Shown: positions 1 to 12,110, numbered from the whole stretch's first letter. The stretch: 63,818 nucleotides of DNA, filler included, from Lama guanicoe (GCA_013239625.1; 82 parts of 78 records of this genome joined end to end with filler, not necessarily neighbours in it), one strand, 5' to 3'. The notes: a model not told the origin generated them from the sequence alone. Made by a program: numbers and translations.

Positions 1-79
1 AAGTCAGGGTAAGTGTTAAAGTCCGACTAGAAATTCAGCTGTAAGATTCCTGGCAGCTATAGCAAAAAGAAAAAGATGA

Positions 80-274
80 TGGGGCGGGTGGTAGAGCGTG
101 TGCTTAGCGAGATCGGGGTCCTGGGTTTAAGCCCCAGGGCCTCCACTAACAGATAAATACACCTAATTACCTACCCCCCAAAAAGGGCCTCAAAGAAAAG
201 AAAAAGAGAAATTTCTTTCCTAAGAAAACCTGATATTAAATTTAGATTAAATACTTGAAAAAAAAAAGAAAAAT
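80..274 (+). mobile_element. tRNA-derived SINE, Vic-1-like (camelid), with 12-bp target-site duplication
   Basis: GGTAGAGCGTGTGCTTAGC...GGTCCTGGGTTTAAGCCCCAGGGCCTCCA (B-box region) then AAATACACCTAATTACCTACCCCCCAAAAA. Flanked by AGAAAAAGATGA at 68-79 and 275-286. Confidence 0.85.
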
Positions 275-483
275 AGAAAAAGATGAGTGACACAAACAAT
301 AATGCCCATGAGATAAATCTACGGTGGCTGCTGGCACGCCCCATGTCCCATGTATTGAAACATCCACCACTCAGAGTCATTTTCAGACCACCCCAGCCCT
401 CCCCCTGTTAAATGCAGGAGCACAGGCAGGGCCGGGCCTTTGCTCCCTCTGTGTCATCACAGTGAGACAGGATGGAAGGGGGC

Positions 484-583
484 NNNNNNNNNNNNNNNNN
501 NNNNNNNNNNNNNNNNNNNNNNNNNNNTTAATTAATTAANNNNNNNNNNNNNNNNNNNNNNNNNNNNNNNNNNNNNNNNNNNN
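484..583. other. Artificial scaffold linker N44-TTAATTAATTAA-N44 (first of ~81; last core at 62964-62975)
   Basis: N 484-527, TTAATTAATTAA 528-539, N 540-583. The same 100-bp layout recurs between unrelated sequences, and the palindromic 12-mer gives TAA in all six frames. Confidence 0.99.
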
Positions 584-818
584 CGGGCCTGCCCCAGGCC
601 TCCCTGGGTTACATTTGGGTCCCTGTGGCCAAAAGGCCAGACTCCCCTGGGGTGAGAGCTGAGCCAGCGCCGGCACCGCTGGCCCAGCCCCTGGCTGCGG
701 GCCTTCCGGGCACCGCGGCCTCGGGGTGTTGGGACGCAGCAGAACATGGGTGACTGAGTTGAGCTGAGTTCACCAACCGGGTGAGCCGAGTAGGGGCTTC
801 TCGACAGAGTGGGTGCCC

Positions 819-864
819 GATAAGTTCTGTTGGGTTCGGTTGCCAGGGAAGTGAGGTCACTTCC
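819..864. promoter_or_regulatory. Candidate enhancer motif cluster (GATA, partial RFX X-box, inverted ETS pair)
   Basis: GATAAG 819-824, GTTGCCAGGGAA 839-850, GGAAGTGA-GG-TCACTTCC 847-864, in a GC/CpG-rich scaffold. Motifs only. Confidence 0.35.
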
Positions 865-1133
865 TGGGATCCCCTTCCCCAAGCTTCCTCCTTCCGTAGA
901 GCTCCCCAGGGGCCTCTCTGGGCTGCTGACTGCTCTCCTCCCAGCCGATGCCGTGTCGGCACACAGTGACGCCAACTCGGCCCACCTGCCCAGGACCCTG
1001 CGTTGGCCTGGATGCAGCCAGGGCGCCAGCTCTNNNNNNNNNNNNNNNNNNNNNNNNNNNNNNNNNNNNNNNNNNNNTTAATTAATTAANNNNNNNNNNN
1101 NNNNNNNNNNNNNNNNNNNNNNNNNNNNNNNNN

Positions 1134-1628
1134 TGTTTTTGAAAACTTTCCATGAAGATCCTTAAACTTTTTTTAAGTTGGGCCCTGTGTTTTAAAATAT
1201 TGAGTCTAATTTGCTACATAAATATTATGGGTATTAACATCTTGTTGGTCTTATGGTCCGAAATTTTTCCTTCTATTCTGTGTGTTGTCATATGTCTTGT
1301 AGAAGGTTTTCTTTGCTCTGCAAAAAGTTTTGCACTTCACACTTATAGAAGAAGTAGAATCCCTGTATCATATAGTACATCTAATTTTTCCTTAGTAAAG
1401 ATAAAAGTATTATTGCTAATTTTACTTTGTTTTTATTTGGAGAGAGATCAAAAATAAATATTGCTATCATTTACCTCAAAGACTGTTCTCCTCATGTTCT
1501 TGATCAGAAATTGTCTATTTTCAGGTTTTACATTTAGGAAATTAATCCATTTTCATCATATTTTGTGATCTATAGAAGGAAGTGCTCATACATCTTCCTT
1601 TTACATGTACTGTTCTGTTTTCCCAGAA
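1134..1628 (-). mobile_element. Decayed LINE-1 ORF2 3' fragment
   Basis: GGTTTTCTTTGCTCTGCAAAAAGTTT and neighbouring motifs resemble the L1 ORF2 antisense strand. Paralogous to 50708-50982 and 61320-61540. Confidence 0.7.
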
Positions 1629-2393
1629 NNNNNNNNNNNNNNNNNNNNNNNNNNNNNNNNNNNNNNNNNNNNNNNNNNNNNNNNNNNNNNNNNNNNNNNN
1701 NNNNNNNNNNNNNNNNNNNNNNNNNNNNNNNNNNNNNNNNNNNNNNNNNNNNNNNNNNNNNNNNNNNNNNNNNNNNNNNNNNNNNNNNNNNNNNNNNNNN
1801 NNNNNNNNNNNNNNNNNNNNNNNNNNNNNNNNNNNNNNNNNNNNNNNNNNNNNNNNNNNNNNNNNNNNNNNNNNNNNNNNNNNNNNNNNNNNNNNNNNNN
1901 NNNNNNNNNNNNNNNNNNNNNNNNNNNNNNNNNNNNNNNNNNNNNNNNNNNNNNNNNNNNNNNNNNNNNNNNNNNNNNNNNNNNNNNNNNNNNNNNNNNN
2001 NNNNNNNNNNNNNNNNNNNNNNNNNNNNNNNNNNNNNNNNNNNNNNNNNNNNNNNNNNNNNNNNNNNNNNNNNNNNNNNNNNNNNNNNNNNNNNNNNNNN
2101 NNNNNNNNNNNNNNNNNNNNNNNNNNNNNNNNNNNNNNNNNNNNNNNNNNNNNNNNNNNNNNNNNNNNNNNNNNNNNNNNNNNNNNNNNNNNNNNNNNNN
2201 NNNNNNNNNNNNNNNNNNNNNNNNNNNNNNNNNNNNNNNNNNNNNNNNNNNNNNNNNNNNNNNNNNNNNNNNNNNNNNNNNNNNNNNNNNNNNNNNNNNN
2301 NNNNNNNNNNNNNNNNNNNNNNNNNNNNNNNNNNNNNNNNNNNNNNNNNNNNNNNNNNNNNNNNNNNNNNNNNNNNNNNNNNNNNNNNNNNNN

Positions 2394-2658
2394 AATAAGT
2401 GAGAAGTTACAGCTTATATCAAAGAAATATGAAGCATCATAAGAAGATGCAACAAAATATATGTCATAAAATGGAAACCCTAGATGAAATGCCCAATTTC
2501 TTAGAAAGACATAATCTCCAGGATAGAATGAGAAATAGAAAATATGAACAGATTAACACTAATGAATTTGAATAAGTGATAAAACAAAATCTCCCAAGTA
2601 ACAAAATTTCAGCCCTAGACAGCTTCACAGGTGAATTCTGCAAATCATTTACAGAAGA
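2394..2658 (+). mobile_element. LINE-1 ORF2 fragment (just upstream of RT)
   Basis: AAACCCTAGATGAAATG..AATTTCTTAGAAAGACAT and CCTAGACAGCTTCACAGGTGAATTCT match the L1 region encoding NLEEMDKFLE...PGPDGFTGEF. Confidence 0.88.
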
Positions 2659-2758
2659 NNNNNNNNNNNNNNNNNNNNNNNNNNNNNNNNNNNNNNNNNN
2701 NNTTAATTAATTAANNNNNNNNNNNNNNNNNNNNNNNNNNNNNNNNNNNNNNNNNNNN

Positions 2759-3099
2759 TGCAGATCCAGGACTGTGCAGGCGTAGGATAGGTTAGGCCCA
2801 GGAGTGTTCAGCTCCAACAGAGTGCCGGCCGAACTGGGGGCAGGCCCAGGAGAGGGTAGGCCCCGGAGTGTGCAGACAGAGGAGTGTGCAGGCCCAGGAG
2901 TTTGCAGGCCCAGGAGAGGGCATGCCCAGGAGTGTGCAGGCCCAGGAGTGTGAATGTCCAGGAGTGTGCAGACAACAGAGTGTGCAGAGACAGAAGTGTG
3001 CAGGTCCAGGTGTGTACAGGCTCATGGCTGTGCAGTCCCAGGAGTGTGCAGACAGAGGAGGGTGCAGACCCAGGCCAGGGCAGGCCCAGGAGTGTGCAG
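2759..3099 (+). repeat. 16-bp GC-rich tandem repeat (GGAGTGTGCAGGCCCA)n
   Basis: Degenerate 16-bp units fill the whole scaffold. Confidence 0.92.
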
Positions 3100-3199
3100 N
3101 NNNNNNNNNNNNNNNNNNNNNNNNNNNNNNNNNNNNNNNNNNNTTAATTAATTAANNNNNNNNNNNNNNNNNNNNNNNNNNNNNNNNNNNNNNNNNNNN

Positions 3200-3934
3200 C
3201 CAGGGAAGACCCAGACCAGGGAAGGCCCAGGATTGTACAGGTCCAGGAGTGTGCAGGCCCAAGAGTGTTCAGACACAGGAGTCAGCATGCCCTGGAGTGT
3301 GCAGGCCTAGGAGTGTGTAAGCCGTGGAATGTGCAGACAGAGGAGTGTGTAGGCCCAGGAGTATGCAGTCTCAGGAGTGAGCAGATACAGGAGTGTGCCG
3401 GCCCATATGTGTACAGGCCCAGTTTCGTGCAGGCCCAGGCGTGAGCAAACACCAGAGTGTGCAGAGACAGGAGTGTGCAGGTCCAGGAGTATACAGGCCT
3501 AGGTGTGTTCAAGCCCAAGATAGTGCAGGTCCTGGAGTGGGCAGGCCAATGAGTGTGCAGTTCCAGGAGTTTGCAGGCCCAGTATTTTTCAGGCCCAGAC
3601 CAGGGAAGGCCCAGACAAGGAAAGGCCCAGGAGTGTGCAGACAGAGGAGTGTGCAGGACCAGGAGGGTGCATTCCTAGGTGTGTGTAGGCCCATTAGTGT
3701 GCAGGCCCAGGCCAGGGCAGGCCCAGGAGTGTGCAGGTCCAGGACTGTGCAGTGCCAGGTGTGTGTAGACACGGGGCGGAGCAGGCACATGAGAGTAGTG
3801 GCCCAGGAGTATAGAGGCCCAGGTGTGTTCAGCCTCTGGGATGCGCAGGCCTATGAGTGTAGGGTGTAGGGTTGTGCATGCCCACAAGTGTGCAGACAGA
3901 GGAGTGTGCAGGCCCAGGAGCGTGCAGGCCCAGG
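3200..3934 (+). repeat. 16-bp GC-rich tandem repeat (GGAGTGTGCAGGCCCA)n
   Basis: Same unit, with variant GGAGTGTGCAGACAGA and short CCAGGG(A/C)AGGC units. Confidence 0.92.
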
Positions 3935-4034
3935 NNNNNNNNNNNNNNNNNNNNNNNNNNNNNNNNNNNNNNNNNNNNTTAATTAATTAANNNNNNNNNN
4001 NNNNNNNNNNNNNNNNNNNNNNNNNNNNNNNNNN

Positions 4035-4655
4035 TGCATCTGAAAAGAAACTTTGTGTTCCCTTCAACCTAGGTGAAGGACGGAATACACATAGTTATCT
4101 CTCAGAACAGGGCACGTGGTGAGACGTTAATTCATGCAGCACAAAGGGAACAGTATGCAGAAGAAACACTTACTCTGTATTCTCAGTGTGCTTCCAAGTG
4201 TTTTTTGGAATTTCCTGCAGTTTTAACTGTAAAACTGTGATGGAGTTTGTAACTCCCCATGTATATGTATGCAGTGCAGGTTGAAACTGAAAAGAAACTT
4301 TGTGTTCTCTTCAAAATAGGTGAGGACGTCTTTCATACAGAGTTATATCTCAGAAATGATCATGTGCAGAGAGACGTTCATTCATCCAGCACAAAGGTTA
4401 AGTGTTACAGGACAAACAAATTCCCTCTTTTCTCAGTCAGTTTCCTCATGCCGGGTTGATGTTCCTGCAGTTTTACTGTAAAACAGAGTTGAAACATGTA
4501 CCTCCCAATATATGTATCTTGTGGTGTTGACAACTGAAAAGAAAGTATGTGTTCCCTTCAAGTTCTGTGAAAGAGAGCTTTCACACACAGTTATCACTCA
4601 GAACTCAGCATGTGGAGAGACGTTCTTTATTCCAGCACAAATGGAACGGGTTGCA
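4035..4655 (+). repeat. 249-bp satellite, diverged monomers
   Basis: CTGAAAAGAAACTTTGTGTTC recurs at ~247-bp spacing and matches the 33331-34133 array. Confidence 0.92.
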
Positions 4656-5951
4656 NNNNNNNNNNNNNNNNNNNNNNNNNNNNNNNNNNNNNNNNNNNNT
4701 TAATTAATTAANNNNNNNNNNNNNNNNNNNNNNNNNNNNNNNNNNNNNNNNNNNNCACACCTGGGTTACTGCTCTGCCTGCAGCACCCTGCCAGGTCCTT
4801 TCTGCCCCCTCCTCATGTAGGGCCCTCCGCCGCCCTGCAGGGGCTGCCCCTGGGTGCAAAGAGCCCTGGGGAGCTTGGCAGCCTGGAGTCCTACGGGGGA
4901 GCTGCCCAAGTGATCCTGAGGAGATGAGGCTGTCCTCAGGAGGTAGTCAGGCTCCGCTACAATCACCGCTATCCCCAGGGACGTCTGGGTTTTAACTGCG
5001 CTACGAAGCACACACTACGTGTGTCCTTTGGGAAATTGAAGTGGGAAGTCCTGATTCCACAACTGACACCAAAGGGACCCTACTAGCCCGTGCGAAAAAT
5101 CCCGCAGCATCTCATGCTGAATCAGAAGATCAGCTCTGACAGCTCCCAGGGCAGGACCAACTCGGCGCAGGGTGGGGAGCACAACAAGAGGACGCTGCTG
5201 AGCGTCGCAATTCCCCTGCAGGGAAGCAGGCCTCTTCACTGTGGGCTCTTTCCCTTCAAGCCTCTACATCCTACTACAAAAGCAACAACTCTGAGAATCA
5301 GGCTTTTCTACCCAGAGTACAACTGGAGGCAGCGGACCAGGCACATCTNNNNNNNNNNNNNNNNNNNNNNNNNNNNNNNNNNNNNNNNNNNNNNNNNNNN
5401 NNNNNNNNNNNNNNNNNNNNNNNNNNNNNNNNNNNNNNNNNNNNNNNNNNNNNNNNNNNNNNNNNNNNNNNNNNNNNNNNNNNNNNNNNNNNNNNNNNNN
5501 NNNNNNNNNNNNNNNACCTGGCCTGGCCGGGAAACCAAAGAAGGACAACAGGAATCTCGATAACTTAACCAGCAACAATCGGAAAAGAAAGTGTTTGGGA
5601 AGCAACAGAAAAGCGAGGAGACGTAAGTGTAGAGCAAGGGCTCACCCTGAAGACCCACATTCGACAAACAGACAAAGTCTACGATACTCAGCATGAAAGA
5701 ACTCTGATGTTTCCTGTAGGCACCATCGAAGGTGATAGGGCTGACGGGAGAAGACCACTGTGCCCGTGGGCAACAGTTTGAACTTGTAATAACACAAAAC
5801 AATTGTCTAAAAACACATGTCTACAGAAGAGGCTAATATAACTGCAAGGGANNNNNNNNNNNNNNNNNNNNNNNNNNNNNNNNNNNNNNNNNNNNTTAAT
5901 TAATTAANNNNNNNNNNNNNNNNNNNNNNNNNNNNNNNNNNNNNNNNNNNN

Positions 5952-6526
5952 CAACTCCACGCAGCTCTCTTTATTCACAGGAGTTCCCTGTTCGGGGAAG
6001 ACCTGGAAATAACTTCCCTGATCTTGGGAAGGCAGCGTATGTCACTGTGATACCCTGCAAACCACCCTACCATTCCCTGGCACAGAGACATTAGGAAAAC
6101 CCTCATGGGAGACGAGCTTAAGCATTACGTTAGAACTCACGCGGTGCCGACCTTTGGTGGAACCTCCCCACGCTCAGGATTCCGGAATCATTGTCAGTGC
6201 GTGGGGGAGCTCGAGAGGCAACTCCACACAGCTCTCTTCACTCACAGGTGTTCAATGCTCAGGGAAGTCCGAGAAATAACTTCCCTGACCTTGGGGAGGC
6301 AGCCTCTGACACTGGGACTACCTGCAAACCCCCCTAGCCTTCCCTGGCTCAGAGACATTAGGAAAACCCTCAGGGGAGACGAGCTTAGGCATTCCGTTNN
6401 NNNNNNNNNNNNNNNNNNNNNNNNNNNNNNNNNNNNNNNNNNNNNNNNNNNNNNNNNNTGCGTGGTGGAGCTTGAGGGACAACTCCACGCAGCTCTCTTC
6501 ATTCACAAGAGTTCCCTGTTCGGGGA
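5952..6526 (+). repeat. 267-bp GC-rich satellite
   Basis: CAACTCCAC at 5952 and 6219 (period 267), with a third copy near 6480. Confidence 0.93.
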
Positions 6527-8651
6527 NNNNNNNNNNNNNNNNNNNNNNNNNNNNNNNNNNNNNNNNNNNNTTAATTAATTAANNNNNNNNNNNNNNNNNN
6601 NNNNNNNNNNNNNNNNNNNNNNNNNNGCAGTCACAGAAGATGCAACTAAGGCACAGAAAGCCTACAAAATTTGCCTAAGAAGATCAGCCTGAACCCCCAA
6701 CATTGTGTGCCCCGACCCTCTTTTTAACTCTTATGCTAAGCAAGCTAACTTTTTGTAGATTGTTTATAAACAGATGAGGTATCAAAATACATACAAGGAC
6801 AAACATCAACACTTAGATGTTCTTAGTTTCTATTTATTTTATTTCTATTAAAAAAAATTAAGAACCTCTGCAGTCAATATAGCAAAAGTTTACAGGGCTT
6901 TAAATCCAGAATATAGAGGTGTTAAGTCTGTCATTACTCATACTTATTTGTATGTTCACAAGACAAAATGATTTGAAAGTCTCTCTCCTCTCCCCCTACA
7001 CACTACTGGCTCTCACCAGAGCTCCCAGATCACACATCTAACAGCCTTTCACTTTACCCAGAGCTGAACTCTTTAGTTCCCCCCCGGAACTCCCTCTGCA
7101 GTTTCTCTCCTCAGAGCACAGCATGACAATCATTTNNNNNNNNNNNNNNNNNNNNNNNNNNNNNNNNNNNNNNNNNNNNTTAATTAATTAANNNNNNNNN
7201 NNNNNNNNNNNNNNNNNNNNNNNNNNNNNNNNNNNTTGCTCGATTCCTGCTTTTACACAAACGTGCTCGGCACGCGGTTCCTGGATGTCGCTGTGTGATG
7301 GGCATCACGGCGCTGCCTGGCCGGCAGTCACTGGTGAGGAAGTGGTGGGCTCGGGGCTGAGCATCTGCAGGGGATGCTGTTGGAGGAAGCAGTCAGTTTT
7401 TTTTCCTTTGCATTCAACTTCCCAGTGCCATTTACCTTACTTTGCCTTCATAAAGGGGCAGAAGTGGGTCTAAAATCCATGCCACTCTTTTGTTCCCTTT
7501 ATGAGGCTGGCTTTTCTGAGTATCAGGACAACATGGCCTTCTCCTAAGTACCTGGCTCACCTGGAACCTGGATCTTTTGGACACAGGGACTGCAAAAAGG
7601 GCCGTAGCTTCCTCTCTGCTTCAGCCAGTGGGCATTCAGAGCTGGGTCTGTGGTTTGCCTCAGCATACGTGCAGACCTCCCTACCCAGGGATTAACTTTT
7701 AACCCATGTTGGTAGTAAATAGCTGAATCCGTTTCTGTTGCAGNNNNNNNNNNNNNNNNNNNNNNNNNNNNNNNNNNNNNNNNNNNNTTAATTAATTAAN
7801 NNNNNNNNNNNNNNNNNNNNNNNNNNNNNNNNNNNNNNNNNNNTACTTCTTTCCTCCTTTCCTTTCCCCTTTCCCATCCTCCACCAAAAGAGTCTCTCAG
7901 AAAAGTAGATTGAAATTACTTTAAAGGTTGGCTCATCCTCATGAAATGATAGTATCATAAAAAAAACTGTGCACATCCCAGAATATATTTTATTTGATTT
8001 ACACACACACATGTGCGTGCAAACACACACACACACAAAATCAGTCTACCTCCCACTTGCAGAGGGAGAAGGTCCACTTTTTCTGAGTTTTCATTCACAG
8101 AGAGTGAGAACAATGTCTCTTACACAGACTTTCACCAGGCTTCGTGCATGGTGTTTTTAATTGAATTTCTGTTTGTGGCCATAGATATAGTCTCCTAATA
8201 GAAGAGAGAAAGTGGAGACATAGACATTCCACTGAGATATTGGTGTCATCATATTTTAGTTGTAAAGGACTTAAGACAGCATAGAGTCGCAACATTTTAT
8301 GGGTGAGAATCCATGATGTTGTAACTTAGACAAGAAACTTAGACAAGAACCTGGGTCTTCTGCCATCTTGTCCACGCGGGTGAAGAGGCAACTGGGCAGG
8401 GGATAGTAGGGATCCTTCCTGCTTCACTTCCATGTTCTTGCTAGTTTTCATTTCAGCTTCATTCAGTTTATGTTCATGAGGCCACTCATGGGAAGGTCAC
8501 TGTGTCCTGATAGATTGAGTTTCTTATCAGCGAAAAGCTCTGGACCCACTCNNNNNNNNNNNNNNNNNNNNNNNNNNNNNNNNNNNNNNNNNNNNTTAAT
8601 TAATTAANNNNNNNNNNNNNNNNNNNNNNNNNNNNNNNNNNNNNNNNNNNN

Positions 8652-9494
8652 TTCTATATTCAAAATTTTAAATTCAGTATTCTGTATTCTATATTCTAAA
8701 CACTGTGTTGTGCATCCATGTTCTAAATTCTATATTCAGTATTCTGTATTCTATATTCTAAATTCTGTGTTCGGCATTCCATGTTCAAAATTCTGGGTTC
8801 TACATTCTCTATTCTATAATCTATATTCTGTGTTTTACATTCTATATTCTAAATTCTATATTCAGTATTCTGTATTTTATATTCTAAATTCTGTGTTCTT
8901 CATTCCATGTTCTAAATCCTGGGATCTATATTCTGNNNNNNNNNNNNNNNNNNNNNNNNNNNNNNNNNNNNNNNNNNNNNNNNNNNNNNNNNNNNNNNNN
9001 NNNNNNNNNNNNNNNNNNNNNNNNNNNNNNNNNNNNNNNNNNNNNNNNNNNNNNNNNNNNNNNNNNNNNNNNNNNNNNNNNNNNNNNNNNNNNNNNNNNN
9101 NNNNNNNNNNNNNNNNNNNNNNNNNNNNNNNNNNNNNNNNNNNNNNNNNNNNNNNNNNNNNNNNNNNNNNNNNNNNNNNNNNNNNNNNNNNNNNNNNNNN
9201 NNNNNNNNNNNNNNNNNNNNNNNNNNNNNNNNNNNNNNNNNNNNNNNNNNNNNNNNNNNNNNNNNNNNNNNNNNNNNNNNNNNNNNNNNNNNNNNNNNNN
9301 NNNNNNNNNNNNNNNNNNNNNNNNNNNNNNNNNNNNNNNNNNNNNNNNNNNNNNNNNNNNNNNNNNNNNNNNNNNNNNNNNNNNNNNNNNNNNNNNNNNN
9401 NNNNNNNNNNNNNATTCTATATTCTAAATTTTTTATTAAGTATTGTGTATTCTATATTGTAAATTCTGGGTTCCGCATTCTATGTTCTAAATTC
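8652..9494 (+). repeat. Heptamer satellite (ATTCTAT)n with 126-bp higher-order unit
   Basis: RTTCNNN 7-bp periodicity. TTCAGT marker at 8735 and 8861 (126 = 18x7). Confidence 0.95.
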
Positions 9495-10186
9495 NNNNNN
9501 NNNNNNNNNNNNNNNNNNNNNNNNNNNNNNNNNNNNNNTTAATTAATTAANNNNNNNNNNNNNNNNNNNNNNNNNNNNNNNNNNNNNNNNNNNNGCTAGG
9601 ATGGCTCATTCCTAGTTCAGGTGAAGAATCTTTTGAGTTGCCAGTCAAGGTGTTAGTTTTTTATCAGGCCCTGTTGATACTAAAATTTCTCTGGATCACA
9701 TGCCTTACTAGTCTATTATGATCCAGGAAGTGTTTACCCTTCATTGCTCATTCCCATACCTAGAATCACAATATTATATGTATTTTATTCAGGGTTATAA
9801 ATTTTATCTGTTTCTTCATGATGTTTAGCCATCATCAATCTTGTAGGCCTAGTTACACATTGGAAAATGTAAGAGACAACAATTTTATAAAATAGAAAAG
9901 ATATAAATAATTCAGCTAGTAACGTTAATAAAGTAACAAGTAAGAATTTAATAGTTGAGAAGTTGTATTTTTGGGTCAAAATTTTGCTTGTGTTTCTGAT
10001 TGATTTTGATCTTATGAGAAACTTCATGTTTATGGTCAGAGTCAGAGCAGGTATTAATTGGCCAGGTGAAGTCTCCCACCTTGTAANNNNNNNNNNNNNN
10101 NNNNNNNNNNNNNNNNNNNNNNNNNNNNNNTTAATTAATTAANNNNNNNNNNNNNNNNNNNNNNNNNNNNNNNNNNNNNNNNNNNN

Positions 10187-11099
10187 CTATATACTGTGTT
10201 CTACATTGTATATGCTAAATTTTATATTCACTAATATATATTCTATATTCTAATGTCTATGTTCTGCATTCCATGTTCAATATTCTATATTCAGTATCCT
10301 GTATTCCATATTCTATATCCTGTGTTCTACATTCTATATTCTAAATTCTTTACTCAGAATTCTGTATTCTATATATTCTAAATTCTGAGTTCAGCATTCC
10401 ATTTCCAATTTCAGGATTCTATATTCTCTTTTATATATTCTATATTTTGTGTTCTTCATTCTTTATTCAAATACAAAATTCTGCATTCCGTATTCCATAT
10501 TCTATATTCTGTGTTCTACATTCTAAATTCTAAATTTTATATTCAGTATTCTGTATTCTATATTCTAAATTCTGTGTTCTGCATTCCATGTTCTAAATTC
10601 TGATTTCTGTATTCTCTATTCTATATCCTATATTATGTGTTATTCATTGTATACTCTACATTAAATATTTTGAATTCCGTGTTCTATATTCTATATACTG
10701 TGTTCTAAATTCTAAATGCTAAATTCTATATTCAGTATTCTGTTTTCTATATTGTAAACTCTGTGTTTTGTATTCCATGTTCTATATGCTATTTTGAGTA
10801 TTCTATAATCTATATTCTAAATTCTGTGTTCTGCAATCTATGTTCTAAATTCTATATTCAGTATTCTGTTTTCTATATAGATCCATGTTCTATATTCTAT
10901 TTTCAGTATTCTGTATTCTATATTCTTAATTCTGTGTTCTGCATTCCTTGTTCTATACTAAGGTTTCTGTATTCTTTTTTCCATATTCTATATTCTATGT
11001 TCTATAGTCTATACTCTTTATTCTATATACTGCATTCCGTATTTTATATACTATATTCTGTTTTCTACATTCAATATTGTAATTTCTATATTCAGTATT
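10187..11099 (+). repeat. Heptamer satellite (ATTCTAT)n
   Basis: Same 7-bp variants in the same order. Confidence 0.95.
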
Positions 11100-11974
11100 N
11101 NNNNNNNNNNNNNNNNNNNNNNNNNNNNNNNNNNNNNNNNNNNTTAATTAATTAANNNNNNNNNNNNNNNNNNNNNNNNNNNNNNNNNNNNNNNNNNNNA
11201 ATGATTTTGACAGCTTGTACAAGAATTTACGTGAGTGTGTGAGGCCAGGGACGCGGGAACGGTGAGACCCACCCTCACCTCCTGATCCAGGGAAGACAGG
11301 GGCCTGAGGGGAGCGACGCTGCCAGGGGACCCCAACGTGGTCAGCGCCCCTAACCAAAACTCCACCTACATGCGTCTAGGAAGATTTGAGCTATAAACTG
11401 TGGTCGCATTTCAGGCTGGACAATTTTACTCACTTCTAACAAGAGTAGCAGGAGAGAATTAGGCTCTGCTCCTGCACCAAAGCATTGTTTAAAAAATTAA
11501 TGACTGTGGAATAGTAAAAGCAGCAATGGAGTAAAAGTGACTGGAAGAGAATGTGCTTGACCCTAGCTCACTGGCCGCGATATCTCACTGACGTTCAGAT
11601 GCTGGCTGAGCCCTTATGGTACCAGAACCAACAGACCCACCAGGAGGGAGGTTTAATGTGCTGCTGTATTTTGATGCCGGCAGCCATGGCTGGTACACGA
11701 GGTTCTGTGTAAACAATGGTGACAGTGTCTTCCACTATGNNNNNNNNNNNNNNNNNNNNNNNNNNNNNNNNNNNNNNNNNNNNTTAATTAATTAANNNNN
11801 NNNNNNNNNNNNNNNNNNNNNNNNNNNNNNNNNNNNNNNGAAACCTCACTGAGCAGGCGGCTGCACAGAGCACAGCAGCAGGGGCTTCACTGTCCAACAG
11901 GGCAGACTTCGAGGCCCAGTCATGAAACCAGCTGTGAAGGTCAGCTATGACCTCCAGCGGGCTGTAAGCACCAG

Positions 11975-12110
11975 TTAGTTATTTACAAAATGGAAACAAT
12001 AGTATTACAAGGTCCTCAGAGCTGCTGTGAGGACTGTGTGACACACCTCCCGCAAAGTGCTTCTGGAACATGCTGGCACAGCATAATTGCTCCAGAGATG
12101 TGATGATGAA
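11975..12110 (+). mobile_element. MIR SINE 3' part
   Basis: ATTTACAAAATGGAAACAATAGTA...CTCAGAGCTGCTGTGAGGACT...AAAGTGCTT...CTGGCACAGCATAA resembles the MIR core and tail. Confidence 0.65.

Noticed and set aside
2792..3887. Cys/Gln/Pro-rich ORFs resembling keratin-associated or SPRR proteins
   Set aside because: The 16-bp unit is not a multiple of three, so the same peptides rotate through all frames.
5991..6007. CENP-B box in the 267-bp or 249-bp satellites
   Set aside because: TTCGGGGAAGACCTG and TTCGTTCATCCAGCA both lack the required CGGG.
11200..11236. Possible exon end NDFDSLYKNL|GTGAGT (similar isolated splice-like signals at ~5641, ~51110 and ~55675)
   Set aside because: Too short to assign to any protein, and splice-like motifs arise by chance.
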